The notes: generated by a model not told the origin, from the sequence alone. Positions 20,506-30,422 are shown, counted from the stretch's first letter. The stretch is DNA of 58,240 nt from a virus (IMGVR_UViG_3300046167_000591:1-58240); one strand, 5' to 3'. A program made the numbers and translations.

Positions 20506-22224
20506 TTATCCATCACATGCTATACATTCTTCCATAGCTTTACTCGCTATATCTCCACGTAGCACGGATTCAGTCCGCATGTAATACAAAGTTTTAATAC
20601 CTTGCTTCCATGCTTCCATGTGTACTTGGTTAATCCACTTAGGCGTAGCTTCCTTAGGAAACGCTAAATTCAAACTCATAGCTTGATCTATATATTGTTG
20701 CCTAACTCCAGCTTGCTTAACCAAATCTAATTGATTAATTTCTTTAAATGTTTTAAATACTTCTTTAAACGGTATTTCACCTGGTAGCATTATATCATTC
20801 AGTTCGTCGATACCTTGTACACTTCCGCCGTCTTCCAGGATCTTATCCCATATTTCTTTCGTGTTAAGTTTGAATTTTCTTAAGTACTTAACTAACGTCG
20901 GGTTTTTCCTAATGAAAGTACCTTTAGCGGTCTGCTCAGTAAATACATTGGCAGCCCAAGGCTCAATACCAGGACTAATGTTACCACTAAGCTTGCTGTT
21001 ACTGACAGTAGGAGCAACAGCCCTAAGATGCGTATTACGATAGCCAGTATCACGGCACCAAAGCGGCTCCCCGTAGGTTTCGGCCAAGGCTCTAGAAGCT
21101 CTTTCAGACTCAATCTTAATTTGCGAAAATATTTTCCTAGTCTCATACTGAGCCAATAAACCTTCGAAAGGAAGGCCATTCTCTTGGAGATATGTATGCC
21201 ATCCGAGGACACCCAAACCCAGTGCTCGCCCTTTTTCCGCAGATCGAACAGCGTTTTCAAATCCACGCATTCCTTTGGCCCTTTGAATAAATTCCTCAAG
21301 CACGCCGTCAAGAAACCATATGGCGTCATAGATAATATTAGTATCTTTCCATTCTTCATATTTTGCTAAGTTTAACGATGATAGACAACATACAAAGCTG
21401 TGACTTTCATCTGTGTGTAAAGTTATTTCAGAACATATGTTAGTCATATGCACTTTTAATCCATTCTTTTTATATGCAGCTGGATTAGCTTTATTAGTAT
21501 TTCCTTTATATAAGATATACGGTTGTCCAGTAGCTTTTCTTTTTCTAATAAGTTTAAGCCACTTAGATCTTGCTTCTGCATCTCCTTGATCAACTCTTCG
21601 CATAAACTTGTCGCCAACAACTGCGCACTGATTAAGATTAAGTGATTGTCTATTGACATCTCCTTTAGGTTCTCTAATTTCAAGCCATTCTTCAAAGTCT
21701 TCGTGTTCAATATTGAGATTAACAGAGGCAGCTCCTCTTCTAACATTTCCTTGGTTTGTTGCAAGAATTGTTGAGTCATAGATTTTACAAAAAGGGACCA
21801 CTCCGTCTGATGTTCCATTACCAGTAATTTTAGATCCGGCAGGTCTAATCATATTAATGCCTACACCAACTCCCCCGCCGTGTTTAGCTAGCAGCATCAT
21901 TTCTAAGTTTTTTCCACCAATCTCTTGTATACTATCACCAACATCGATACCAAAGCAGCTTATAGGTAAGCCGCGATCAGTACCAGTGTTAGATAATACA
22001 GGCGAAGCTAAGCATAGCCAGCCGTTCCATATATATTCAAAAAACCTTTCAGCTAATTCGGGTCTATATAATCTTCTAGCCACGCTAGTAGCAACCCTAT
22101 TATAAGCATCACGAGGACTTTCGCCAGGAAGTAAATAACCACCAGCGATTGTTTTTTTGTATATTTCATTATCACCCCATTTTGGATAGTCTTCACCTTT
22201 TACCCATTCATTATTCCACGCCAT
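20506..22224 (-). CDS. nrdA: Ribonucleotide reductase class Ia alpha subunit (no ATP cone)
   Basis: PISCF, GGGVG, TNICSEI, VCCLSSLNL, APTVSNS, KTLYY and C-terminal CIACDG. Confidence 0.95.
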   Translation of the reverse strand: MAWNNEWVKGEDYPKWGDNEIYKKTIAGGYLLPGESPRDAYNRVATSVARRLYRPELAERFFEYIWNGWLCLASPVLSNTGTDRGLPISCFGIDVGDSIQEIGGKNLEMMLLAKHGGGVGVGINMIRPAGSKITGNGTSDGVVPFCKIYDSTILATNQGNVRRGAASVNLNIEHEDFEEWLEIREPKGDVNRQSLNLNQCAVVGDKFMRRVDQGDAEARSKWLKLIRKRKATGQPYILYKGNTNKANPAAYKKNGLKVHMTNICSEITLHTDESHSFVCCLSSLNLAKYEEWKDTNIIYDAIWFLDGVLEEFIQRAKGMRGFENAVRSAEKGRALGLGVLGWHTYLQENGLPFEGLLAQYETRKIFSQIKIESERASRALAETYGEPLWCRDTGYRNTHLRAVAPTVSNSKLSGNISPGIEPWAANVFTEQTAKGTFIRKNPTLVKYLRKFKLNTKEIWDKILEDGGSVQGIDELNDIMLPGEIPFKEVFKTFKEINQLDLVKQAGVRQQYIDQAMSLNLAFPKEATPKWINQVHMEAWKQGIKTLYYMRTESVLRGDIASKAMEECIACDG

Positions 22225-22453
22225 CTTTTACCTCCTTTTCTGCTACAGCTTGAATAAGTTGAGCTTCAGCTTCTTTAAAACCTGGAAAGTACTTTAATAA
22301 TTCATAAGTACCAACACTCATTGTTTTAGTATTACTTGATTCTTTTAATAAATGGTCAATAACTCTTGTTATTGCATCTATCTTTTTTTCTAATAAGTCT
22401 AATCGACTTTGTTTTTGTCCTTTCATATTGTTAATTAAAATGCGTCGTCCCAA
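22211..22453 (-). CDS. Hypothetical protein (probable start 22426)
   Basis: ORF between nrdB and nrdA that overlaps the nrdA start. Confidence 0.65.
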   Translation of the reverse strand: MGRRILINNMKGQKQSRLDLLEKKIDAITRVIDHLLKESSNTKTMSVGTYELLKYFPGFKEAEAQLIQAVAEKEVKDGVE

Positions 22454-23412
22454 TCTTCTGACTCGCCTGGTTTAGAATAATCTGTTGGTCTTATTGCAAA
22501 GAAATCTGTGTGTGTATGTCCACCTGTTAAATGGTAAAACCAATCTAACTTATTTGCACTGTTTTCATCGTATGGAATATAGTTACCTAAATCTACATAA
22601 CCTAGCTCAACTAATTTTTCATTTGTACGTCGTTTAATAAAGTTTTTAAGATCAATAGCTTTAATACCTTCAATGTCACCCATTTCAAACATTTTGTCTA
22701 TATAATTCATTTCTAACTTTACCATTGTTTCTGCGGCGTCTATTACGTCTTCTCGACATAAATGTAGTAATTGTTCATTTTCACCGCACATGTCGCGGAA
22801 TAATTTACAACCCATACGACTATGCAAACTTTCATCACGTACACTCCATTTCATTTGTTGTCCAATACCTTTCAAAAGGTTTCTCATTTGAAAAGAATAT
22901 AAAACAGCAAATGCAGAATAAAGACTAACCCCTTCAGCAAAGGCAGAGAAAATAGCCAGACTACGAGCGACATCACGATCACTGTTTTCATTAGCGGCCA
23001 TAAGGTTTTCGAACCTAGCAGACGTTGCAGGCTCATGTAAAAATGCTTTAAAATCATCTAGTCCTAGTGTTTCGTTTAAATAACTGTAAGCTACTGCGTG
23101 TATGGTTTCTTGAGATCCAAACATCATAGCCATTTGTTGTATCTCGTGTTTAGGAAACCATTTTACTACCTGTTGAGTCCAGTAATCAGATACGGCACAT
23201 TCTGTTTGTGCAAAACCCAATAGTATATTTCCTACTAAGTTTTTTTCTTCTGGTGTTAATCTTTCGTTCCAATCTTTTACGTCACCACCCATTGGTATTT
23301 CGGTATGCAGCCAAAATGCTTGCGCTTGCGGTAACCAACCTTCTGTATAATATTCAGGATATTCAAAAGGTTTATATTCAACTCTTTCCTTTCTAATCGG
23401 TAGTTTGTTCAT
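22435..23412 (-). CDS. nrdB: Ribonucleotide reductase class Ia beta subunit
   Basis: QETIHAVAYS, AEGVSLYSAF, VRDESLH and HTDFF di-iron motifs. Confidence 0.95.
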   Translation of the reverse strand: MNKLPIRKERVEYKPFEYPEYYTEGWLPQAQAFWLHTEIPMGGDVKDWNERLTPEEKNLVGNILLGFAQTECAVSDYWTQQVVKWFPKHEIQQMAMMFGSQETIHAVAYSYLNETLGLDDFKAFLHEPATSARFENLMAANENSDRDVARSLAIFSAFAEGVSLYSAFAVLYSFQMRNLLKGIGQQMKWSVRDESLHSRMGCKLFRDMCGENEQLLHLCREDVIDAAETMVKLEMNYIDKMFEMGDIEGIKAIDLKNFIKRRTNEKLVELGYVDLGNYIPYDENSANKLDWFYHLTGGHTHTDFFAIRPTDYSKPGESEDWDDAF

Positions 23413-23575
23413 TCTCTAATAAATCTTTAATAGTTAATAATTGATGTCTTATAGCTTGCATATAAGCTAATAATGTTTGTTTAGTATGTTGTCCTTTAAT
23501 TGCAGCATCGGCTAATTCAAATGCTTCATTATTAGACCACTCTACATAATTAATTAATGCTTTTTGTTTATTCAT
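23393..23575 (-). CDS. Hypothetical protein
   Basis: 60-aa ORF overlapping its neighbours in the operon. Confidence 0.6.
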   Translation of the reverse strand: MNKQKALINYVEWSNNEAFELADAAIKGQHTKQTLLAYMQAIRHQLLTIKDLLENEQTTD

Positions 23576-23717
23576 CGTAATAAAGCGTTAAGCATAAATC
23601 TATAAACGGTAAATATAATACGTGATCCGACCTATCTTCACCTGTGTAAGTTCTGCCACCAATTAATATACCGGGATAAAGACCTATACCTAATTCCCAA
23701 TCTGTTACTTTTCTCAT
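23568..23717 (-). CDS. Small hypothetical protein (49 aa)
   Basis: Hand-translated MRKVTDWELGIGLYPGILIGGRTY...HVLYLPFIDLCLTLYYDE*. Confidence 0.6.
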   Translation of the reverse strand: MRKVTDWELGIGLYPGILIGGRTYTGEDRSDHVLYLPFIDLCLTLYYDE

Positions 23718-23844
23718 TTTGTTTCTACTTTAATATTATAATAATCTTGATACTCAACTAAATCTTTCCACCTTAAATAACCTTTTTGATTAATAGACCA
23801 TTTTATAAATTTATTAATTTGGCGTTCAGCGTATTTAGTTCTAG

Positions 23845-24288
23845 CTATTTCTTTAGAATCTCTTCTATTACTTTGTCGCATTCTGCTTGGTTTTGTGGTT
23901 TATACAATGTTGTACCTGGCATGGTTTCTTCTATATACTTTTTAAACATTTTGTATCGCAGAGGAAAACTTTCGTTAGCTCGACCTTTACATTCAATAAT
24001 AAAGTTTTTACCAACAAAATCCGGTGTGTATTTAATAGGCAGTATTTTTTTACGACCTCTATCTCTAAACTCACCTTTGCCATTTGCTTGTCTTTCATAT
24101 GCTTTACTTGTAAAGTTAAAACCTTCTTGCAAAACATATGTTTGTCCTTCGTATTCAGCTTTTATTTTAGCTTTCTTTAACGCCATATACATGTAACGTT
24201 CAAGACCTGAAGCAAAGTTAATACCATCATATGATACCTTCTTTGCTTGTACTGGTCCTTTCTTTCTTCTTTTAGTTCTTCTCATCAA
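23845..24288 (-). CDS. Endonuclease I-like Holliday junction resolvase (PD-(D/E)XK)
   Basis: FASGLE...YEG...KYTPDF...IIECKG, as in T7 gp3-type nucleases. Confidence 0.8.
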   Translation of the reverse strand: MMRRTKRRKKGPVQAKKVSYDGINFASGLERYMYMALKKAKIKAEYEGQTYVLQEGFNFTSKAYERQANGKGEFRDRGRKKILPIKYTPDFVGKNFIIECKGRANESFPLRYKMFKKYIEETMPGTTLYKPQNQAECDKVIEEILKK

Positions 24289-24493
24289 GTTTTTGAATTA
24301 TCCATTCAATATAATTGCAAGCATCCATAAGCTCTTCTTGATAATGAATTAATCTTGCTTTCATTGATTGATTGTCGTCAGCTAAAGTAACGCCGTACTT
24401 TTTAAAGCCTACTTCTGATCTACTAACGATTTTGTTTACAACCTTTTTAATTACAGGGTCTTGAATTTCTAATCTTACTATTTCTCTACTCAT
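24272..24493 (-). CDS. Small all-alpha NTP-pyrophosphohydrolase-like protein
   Basis: RSEVGFKKYGVTL...HYQEELMDACNY. Confidence 0.5.
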   Translation of the reverse strand: MSREIVRLEIQDPVIKKVVNKIVSRSEVGFKKYGVTLADDNQSMKARLIHYQEELMDACNYIEWIIQKLDEKN

Positions 24494-25284
24494 AATGTTT
24501 CTTTTACAAAAGTTCCATTCTTCATTTGACCTTTACGATTTTTAATTTCACCGTAAGCCGCATCAATACAATCTTCAATTCGAATATCAGTAGCTAAAGT
24601 AGTCAGGTTAGTAAGTACTACAACCATGTCACCAATAGCATCTACTATTTCTTTTTTATCATTTTTAAGTAATGCTTGAGCAAGCTCACCAGCTTCTTCC
24701 ATTAACTTAACATATTGAGTTCTAGCATCGCCTTTATCATATATGCCACGCTCAAGTGCCCATCTTCTTATGTTATTAAATACGCTTTCAGTTAGTATTG
24801 GTTCGTCACCAGTAGCTAAGTTGTTTAAATGCTCTTGTAAAGCTTTGTTGTATACATAACATCTAGTATTATTATACATTGATGTTACAGCATTCTTAGC
24901 TATCCATTCACATACTTCAGGCACTAGTGTTACTTCTGTACCATTCATATCAAAAGTTAAATCTAGCATATTAAATAATCTGCCTTTAAGTTTAGAAACG
25001 GGTACTGGAAATGTTGTAGTCATTTCTGTTACATTTAATTTCATTTGATTACGTTTTAAGTGTTTAAGATTTTTATAGAGTTGCCGGTCAACTTTATAGC
25101 CATATTCTTTTTGTAGTTCTAACTCTTTGTTAGATATATAGTCTATATCAGGGCTCGTCTCAAGAATTTCATATTCACCTTCTTGATAGCCCTGCATTAA
25201 AGTAACTCGGCGGTGAACATTAGTTGTTACACCTATTTTTTTACCGGGTATATGGTATATGTAATAATTACGTGTTTTCATCAT
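24490..25284 (-). CDS. mazG: GIY-YIG-like N-terminal domain fused to a MazG-like pyrophosphohydrolase
   Basis: N-terminal YYIYHIPGKKIGVT...RR...E. C-terminal KLMEEAGELAQ...VDAIGDMVVVL...AYGEIKNRKG. Confidence 0.75.
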   Translation of the reverse strand: MMKTRNYYIYHIPGKKIGVTTNVHRRVTLMQGYQEGEYEILETSPDIDYISNKELELQKEYGYKVDRQLYKNLKHLKRNQMKLNVTEMTTTFPVPVSKLKGRLFNMLDLTFDMNGTEVTLVPEVCEWIAKNAVTSMYNNTRCYVYNKALQEHLNNLATGDEPILTESVFNNIRRWALERGIYDKGDARTQYVKLMEEAGELAQALLKNDKKEIVDAIGDMVVVLTNLTTLATDIRIEDCIDAAYGEIKNRKGQMKNGTFVKETL

Positions 25285-25285
25285 T

Positions 25286-26104
25286 TTATACAGCTACTGG
25301 AGCAGTAATTACTGGTCCGTGTTTATAATTTATTAATTCAACTTTACCAAACTTAAGATTAACATCAACGCCATATTTGCCAGGTGTTAGATATTTAAAG
25401 TCCGGTGTGTCATATATAGAAGTTTTTAAGTAATCCATAACCGGTGCTAATTGATTTGTATATATATGAGCATCAATTATGTTCATATCTATTCTATTAG
25501 CTTTCAAACCAGTCATATGACTAATATACAATAAAATTTGTGAAAACAACGCAACATCGTAAGGAATTCCTAAAAATACATCGCCTGATCTTTGAAGTGC
25601 AAACATATTTAAGTTGTCACCATCTACAAAAAACTGAAAGTACAAATAGCACGGAGGTAGTTTCATTTCAGAAAGTTGCTCAACATTCCATAAACTAATA
25701 ATATGTCTACGACTATCTGGAAACGTTTTTATATTACGTATAACAGTCTTTAATTGATCTATATTAGTATTGTTCCAGTTTCTTAATTGATGTCCATAAA
25801 CAGGCCCTAAATCGCCATCATCATCAGCCCAAGCATCCCAGATTTTTACACCAGCATCGCGAAAGCGCTGTATATTAGTTTCACCATTCATAAACCAATT
25901 AAACTCAGTATCAAATGACTTAGGAAACATTTTGCGTCCAGTTATCATAGGGAAGCCATCGTTTAGATTCCAGGTTAAAGTTTTATTAAACGTAGAGTAA
26001 CAGCCAACACCTGTTCTATCATCACGTTTAACATTGTGCCTGAAAATTTCATTAAGCAATAATCTATATTGCTTTTCAAAATTATTTAGAATTATATTTC
26101 TCAT
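25286..26104 (-). CDS. thyA: Thymidylate synthase
   Basis: DDRTGVG, IWDAW, LGPVYGHQLR, DSRRHI, LPPC, QRSGDVFLGIPYD, DAHIY. Confidence 0.92.
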   Translation of the reverse strand: MRNIILNNFEKQYRLLLNEIFRHNVKRDDRTGVGCYSTFNKTLTWNLNDGFPMITGRKMFPKSFDTEFNWFMNGETNIQRFRDAGVKIWDAWADDDGDLGPVYGHQLRNWNNTNIDQLKTVIRNIKTFPDSRRHIISLWNVEQLSEMKLPPCYLYFQFFVDGDNLNMFALQRSGDVFLGIPYDVALFSQILLYISHMTGLKANRIDMNIIDAHIYTNQLAPVMDYLKTSIYDTPDFKYLTPGKYGVDVNLKFGKVELINYKHGPVITAPVAV

Positions 26105-26324
26105 AATAATATAAGTAAAATTTAAATATTGTTTTATATAAGTTTTTCCAATCGTAAGTTTCAGGTGATCTATGTTGTTTACCTTTGTTTACGATGTCAA
26201 TCCAATATCTAGTCTCGCTTTGTGCAAACGGGGATATTAGTATGTCATTATTAATACACCACTTATAAGCTGTGTATTCTTCGTCGTTAAACACGTAGTG
26301 TGTTACTTTCTTTTTTCTAGGCAT
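26082..26324 (-). CDS. Hypothetical protein
   Basis: 80-aa ORF coupled to the primase-helicase and thyA. Confidence 0.7.
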   Translation of the reverse strand: MPRKKKVTHYVFNDEEYTAYKWCINNDILISPFAQSETRYWIDIVNKGKQHRSPETYDWKNLYKTIFKFYLYYYEKYNSK

Positions 26325-28040
26325 TTATTCCCAAGGCATTTTATCATTGCCAACATCAGTTTCATAATGTGGTATGAAGCAACCACTTTTTGGCTCCCAC
26401 TGAAACCAGGCTTCAGCTTGATTCTGTCCTAAGTTTTGAAACTTAACCTTAAGCACTTTTGCTTTTACTAAATTACGTTCATAGTCTCTGTGTACTAGTA
26501 AACCGTGATAAGAAGCATCATACCATTCACCACCACCTTTAATGTTATACATGGTTGGCTCTTCTATTTTACCATCGGAGCCCTTATACATTTTAGTAGG
26601 GTGAGCAACTATAAATACAAGAACGTCGTACTTCTTACAGAATATTTCAATCTTCTGAAGATATTCCATCGTGTATTTATTAACATCGTCACTACCATCA
26701 ATATCACGTACTTTATTAAATGGATCGATAACTAATACTTTAATACCTTTGCGTTTTACTAGCTCAGCACCTTTCTTTAATACTGCATCTAATGTATAAC
26801 GTTCCATATCAATATGGAAAAAGTTATCTGAGCAATGCTCTTTAATTCTATTCCACTCTTCACTTCCAATATCATCTCTACTTGGCATACGTTGCCAAAC
26901 TTTACGCATTAGTTTATGGGCATGAAGATAAGTTGGAACATTTTCAGGTGAAGCGAATGCCGCCTTCCAAGCATACTTGTGGTTATAACCCACAACCATT
27001 TGGTCGACAAAATCACTCTTCCCGGAAGAAGGCACACCAGTGACAGTAATAAATTGACCGGTATAAGTTGAGAATATATCATCAAAGTTTTCCAAGCCAA
27101 TTTGAAATCCTGGTTTAAAACCATTTTTAACAAAGTCTTCGACTTCGCCTTCAATATCTCTGAACGTAATGACGTTTTCAAGCGGTACAGCTTTGGCTCT
27201 GGCAATACACTGACCCAGTCTTTCTTTTCCATGTTTTAATAAATATTCGTTAGCATCCTTACAATCTTCAAAGTCAACCATAAAACAAACTTCAGCACCA
27301 AGTCTTCTTACAAGTTCTTGTTGCAATGCTTGTCCAGCTTCGTCATTGTCTACAGCTAATATTACTTTTTCTTTATCATCAAAATAATCAATGCAATTAT
27401 CAAGATAATCGAGATTGTTCCTATTAAGTGTTGCACCGTTAGGTACACTAATCGCATTATGGATTCCTGCTTCATGTAGTGCAAGAACATCCATTTCACC
27501 CTCAGCAATGATACAATACTCATAACCAATAGTAGAATCAATATTATAGAAGACTTTTTCTGCGCCTTTAAAAAGTTTAAAATTCTTTCTAGCATCGCGG
27601 TATTTAATGTTTGTTAGTTTATTTCCAATGAAGTAATTAAACTGAATTGTGTGTTCAGCTTTTTGTGTTTGCGGCATCCACTCAGGGCCATCAGTAACAC
27701 GTAGTTCGTTTAAAGTTTGTTGAGATATACCTCGATCTAAAAACCATTTGATTATTTTTTCAGATTGTATACCACTTGCAACTTCTGTTTCTGGTCTTAC
27801 GTACTCTTTTTCTGCTTTACCTTTTCTTTTAAATGTATGTAGTTGAAATACACTATCACAGTTATGACAAGTGCCCATACCGAGCTTCCAGTCTAGTGAT
27901 GCACATTTCTTGGTTTCGTTACCTTTCTTTCTATTAGACGAGCAGAGGGGACAAGTGCTATCTTTTTTCCCCTCTTCAAGTCCATATTGATTAAATTGAT
28001 CGATTTCAAAACCATTTATCTCATACCTCTCTACTTGCAT
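26325..28040 (-). CDS. DNA primase-helicase (T7 gp4/Twinkle-like)
   Basis: Zn finger CPLC...CHNC. TOPRIM AEGEMD, SVPNGA, DNDEAG, KDANE. Walker A GVPSSGKS, then VIDP and VAHP. Confidence 0.93.
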   Translation of the reverse strand: MQVERYEINGFEIDQFNQYGLEEGKKDSTCPLCSSNRKKGNETKKCASLDWKLGMGTCHNCDSVFQLHTFKRKGKAEKEYVRPETEVASGIQSEKIIKWFLDRGISQQTLNELRVTDGPEWMPQTQKAEHTIQFNYFIGNKLTNIKYRDARKNFKLFKGAEKVFYNIDSTIGYEYCIIAEGEMDVLALHEAGIHNAISVPNGATLNRNNLDYLDNCIDYFDDKEKVILAVDNDEAGQALQQELVRRLGAEVCFMVDFEDCKDANEYLLKHGKERLGQCIARAKAVPLENVITFRDIEGEVEDFVKNGFKPGFQIGLENFDDIFSTYTGQFITVTGVPSSGKSDFVDQMVVGYNHKYAWKAAFASPENVPTYLHAHKLMRKVWQRMPSRDDIGSEEWNRIKEHCSDNFFHIDMERYTLDAVLKKGAELVKRKGIKVLVIDPFNKVRDIDGSDDVNKYTMEYLQKIEIFCKKYDVLVFIVAHPTKMYKGSDGKIEEPTMYNIKGGGEWYDASYHGLLVHRDYERNLVKAKVLKVKFQNLGQNQAEAWFQWEPKSGCFIPHYETDVGNDKMPWE

Positions 28041-28059
28041 AGGATAAAATTAAATTAAA

Positions 28060-28368
28060 TTAAAATGGTAAATCGTCGTCTTGTGGTTGACTAACCGCGG
28101 CTGGTTGCTGTTGACCATCACGTGGTGCAGCAGCTACATTATCGCCGTTGGTCCAAACAACTTTTACATTACCTAAATAAGTTTTAGCAGCTTTCGCTTC
28201 TCTTTCTTCTTTAGATTGTTCAACAATTATCGGTCCTTGGTTACCGAACTGATCAACTTCATCATTTAAAGTGATTACTAGGCTAAGATATTTACCCTTT
28301 TTTCCTTGGTATATCTTGTCTTTTGGGATTGCATCTAAGTTGATGCTAGTTTTAATAATACTTGCCAT
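28060..28368 (-). CDS. Probable single-stranded DNA-binding protein
   Basis: Small beta-rich protein with an acidic DDDLPF tail, in the replication/recombination cluster. Confidence 0.7.
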   Translation of the reverse strand: MASIIKTSINLDAIPKDKIYQGKKGKYLSLVITLNDEVDQFGNQGPIIVEQSKEEREAKAAKTYLGNVKVVWTNGDNVAAAPRDGQQQPAAVSQPQDDDLPF

Positions 28369-28369
28369 C

Positions 28370-29107
28370 TTACAATGTTTTGGTTAAAAAATAATTTTTA
28401 GGATTAAAATCCTCGTTTTCAAAAAATAATTTGTATTGCTCTTCAGCCTCTAATACTTTATTGGCGCCCCGCTCCAGAAATTCGTTGGAACAATCAAATA
28501 TTCCTATCTGGTGTGTATTCTTGTCAATAGCTATAAAAACCATTTCATAGCCAAATAACTTTTGATAGATATATGCTTGACTATCGTAGTTATATTTTCT
28601 TGCTGAGCTTGCGAACTGCTGGATATTTCCGGTGGTTTTCAAATCAATAATCAACCTGTCATCATGGTTAACTATATCAGCTTTACCTTTCCAATACATA
28701 TCACTAAGTATTTGACCAACAGCAGGCACTTCATACTCAACATTACCTTCTCTGATAAGACTGCGAACAACTTCATTATCTAACATTGTTTCAGTAAGTA
28801 ATTCTATCTTATCAACTTCGTGTTGTAATAAAGTTAACTCTCCACCACTTAGCTCTTTATACTTATTCGTATTTCGAGTTGTAGCATCAATAACTTTGAT
28901 TCTGTCTAATTTGTCAGGCTCAAGTATTGCTGTGTGAAAATATCCGCCAGTAAGGAGTGCCGGTGTTTTAGTTGTCGGCACCCCAAAGGCTAACGGATTC
29001 GAGAGTAAGACAGAAATATCAGAGTTGCTACGAAATTGCCTACCAAAGTCCCCATAATAATGTTCATCGTCTCGTAGCTTTTCTATAATTTCTTTAATAT
29101 TATCCAT
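28370..29107 (-). CDS. RecE/exonuclease VIII-like PD-(D/E)XK exonuclease
   Basis: GGYFHTAILEP, KGKADIV, IIDLKTT, YDSQAYIY. Adjacent to the ERF gene. Confidence 0.8.
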   Translation of the reverse strand: MDNIKEIIEKLRDDEHYYGDFGRQFRSNSDISVLLSNPLAFGVPTTKTPALLTGGYFHTAILEPDKLDRIKVIDATTRNTNKYKELSGGELTLLQHEVDKIELLTETMLDNEVVRSLIREGNVEYEVPAVGQILSDMYWKGKADIVNHDDRLIIDLKTTGNIQQFASSARKYNYDSQAYIYQKLFGYEMVFIAIDKNTHQIGIFDCSNEFLERGANKVLEAEEQYKLFFENEDFNPKNYFLTKTL

Positions 29108-29625
29108 TACAACAATTGTTTTTCAATTTCAGGAGTAACATTATACTTCTTTTTAATAGCATCTAATTTCCCACCATTCTTGATGTAGTCTTTAGCTTTC
29201 TTAATTTCAGCAGCTGTCATAGCTTTTCTATCATGGATATTTGTTGCGTCACTATCTTGTGTGTCGTCAATTAAAAACAAATTACCAAGCGCATATTTTT
29301 TGCCATAGCTACTTGCTGATCCAAATTGTTGTGGAACTTGCATACCTTTTTGAGCTAAATCAACACCGATAATTGCTACAGCATGTATAGCATCAGTGCC
29401 ATCTGTTATAATAGCTTTAGACTCTAAGATAGGCATAGGATCTGATGTAATTAATGATTCTTCAATTCTTACAGATACATCTAAATCTAATAAGAAAGGT
29501 TTAACTGCTTCAAGTATATCTTCAGCTGATCTGAAGTAATACTTACCAAACGCATTAAATCTACTCTTCTTTGATTTAAATTTAGTTTGGATTTCTGCTA
29601 ATTTCTGATTTAACGTCTTGCTCAT
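29107..29625 (-). CDS. ERF-family single-strand annealing protein
   Basis: YYFRSAEDILEAVKP and QQFGSASSYGKKYALGNLFLIDDTQDSD. Confidence 0.85.
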   Translation of the reverse strand: MSKTLNQKLAEIQTKFKSKKSRFNAFGKYYFRSAEDILEAVKPFLLDLDVSVRIEESLITSDPMPILESKAIITDGTDAIHAVAIIGVDLAQKGMQVPQQFGSASSYGKKYALGNLFLIDDTQDSDATNIHDRKAMTAAEIKKAKDYIKNGGKLDAIKKKYNVTPEIEKQLL

Positions 29626-29660
29626 ATAATACAAATATATAAAAAATAAATTAATTAATA

Positions 29661-30422
29661 TTAGAAATAATCTAAAACTTCAGCTGGATTTACATTATCA
29701 ATTAATTTTTGAACTGCTTGCTTTTTAATTTCAGATACTCTAACGTAGGCGCTAGCTCCTTGAATATCTAATCTTTCAGCAATAGCATTTGCACCGTGCT
29801 TATCGCAATCCAGTCCATAACTTAATCGTAATACTTCATACTCTCTGTAGTCTAAGTATTTCTTTAACAACCCCATGAGATACTTATTTAATATCCCAAT
29901 ATTATAGTTCTCAGATTTATCTTCAATCTGGTACATTGGTGAATCAAAGTCGTCTTCATCACCAATCCTTTCATCTATACTTAAGAACATAGAATTAAAA
30001 AACAAGCGCACCAGCTTTTTATCTTTGCCAGCATCTTTTCTTATTTGTAATAGCTTATGCTCTGGTATTTTAATATTACCCCTATTAATGTCAATAGCAC
30101 GTCTTATCGAGCCCTTAATTCTTTTTGATAGGAAACTCTTAATTGTTTTTTCAACGTCATCAGATCGATTTATTTCAGTCCATATAATTTTATCAACCGC
30201 TCTAACCAATCCAACATTACCTTCTTGTATTAGATCGTTAATACTTAATACCCCAGACGCTTGTTCACTAGTTGCAAACTTTCTTGCAATGTTTTCTACA
30301 AGTGGCATAAACTTTATTATAAGTTCATCTCTAGTATATTCTTGCCATTCATTATCTGCAGGCATACAGGTCTTAAGATCATCTTTATATCTTAGGTAAT
30401 TTTTAACATTATACTTTTTCAT
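29661..30422 (-). CDS. Phage RNA polymerase sigma70-family factor
   Basis: Region 2 LIIKFMPLVENIARKF...DLIQEGNVGLVRAVDK...RIKGSIRRAI, then LSID, and region 4 REYEVLRLSYGL...IAERL...VSEIKKQAVQKL. Confidence 0.9.
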   Translation of the reverse strand: MKKYNVKNYLRYKDDLKTCMPADNEWQEYTRDELIIKFMPLVENIARKFATSEQASGVLSINDLIQEGNVGLVRAVDKIIWTEINRSDDVEKTIKSFLSKRIKGSIRRAIDINRGNIKIPEHKLLQIRKDAGKDKKLVRLFFNSMFLSIDERIGDEDDFDSPMYQIEDKSENYNIGILNKYLMGLLKKYLDYREYEVLRLSYGLDCDKHGANAIAERLDIQGASAYVRVSEIKKQAVQKLIDNVNPAEVLDYF

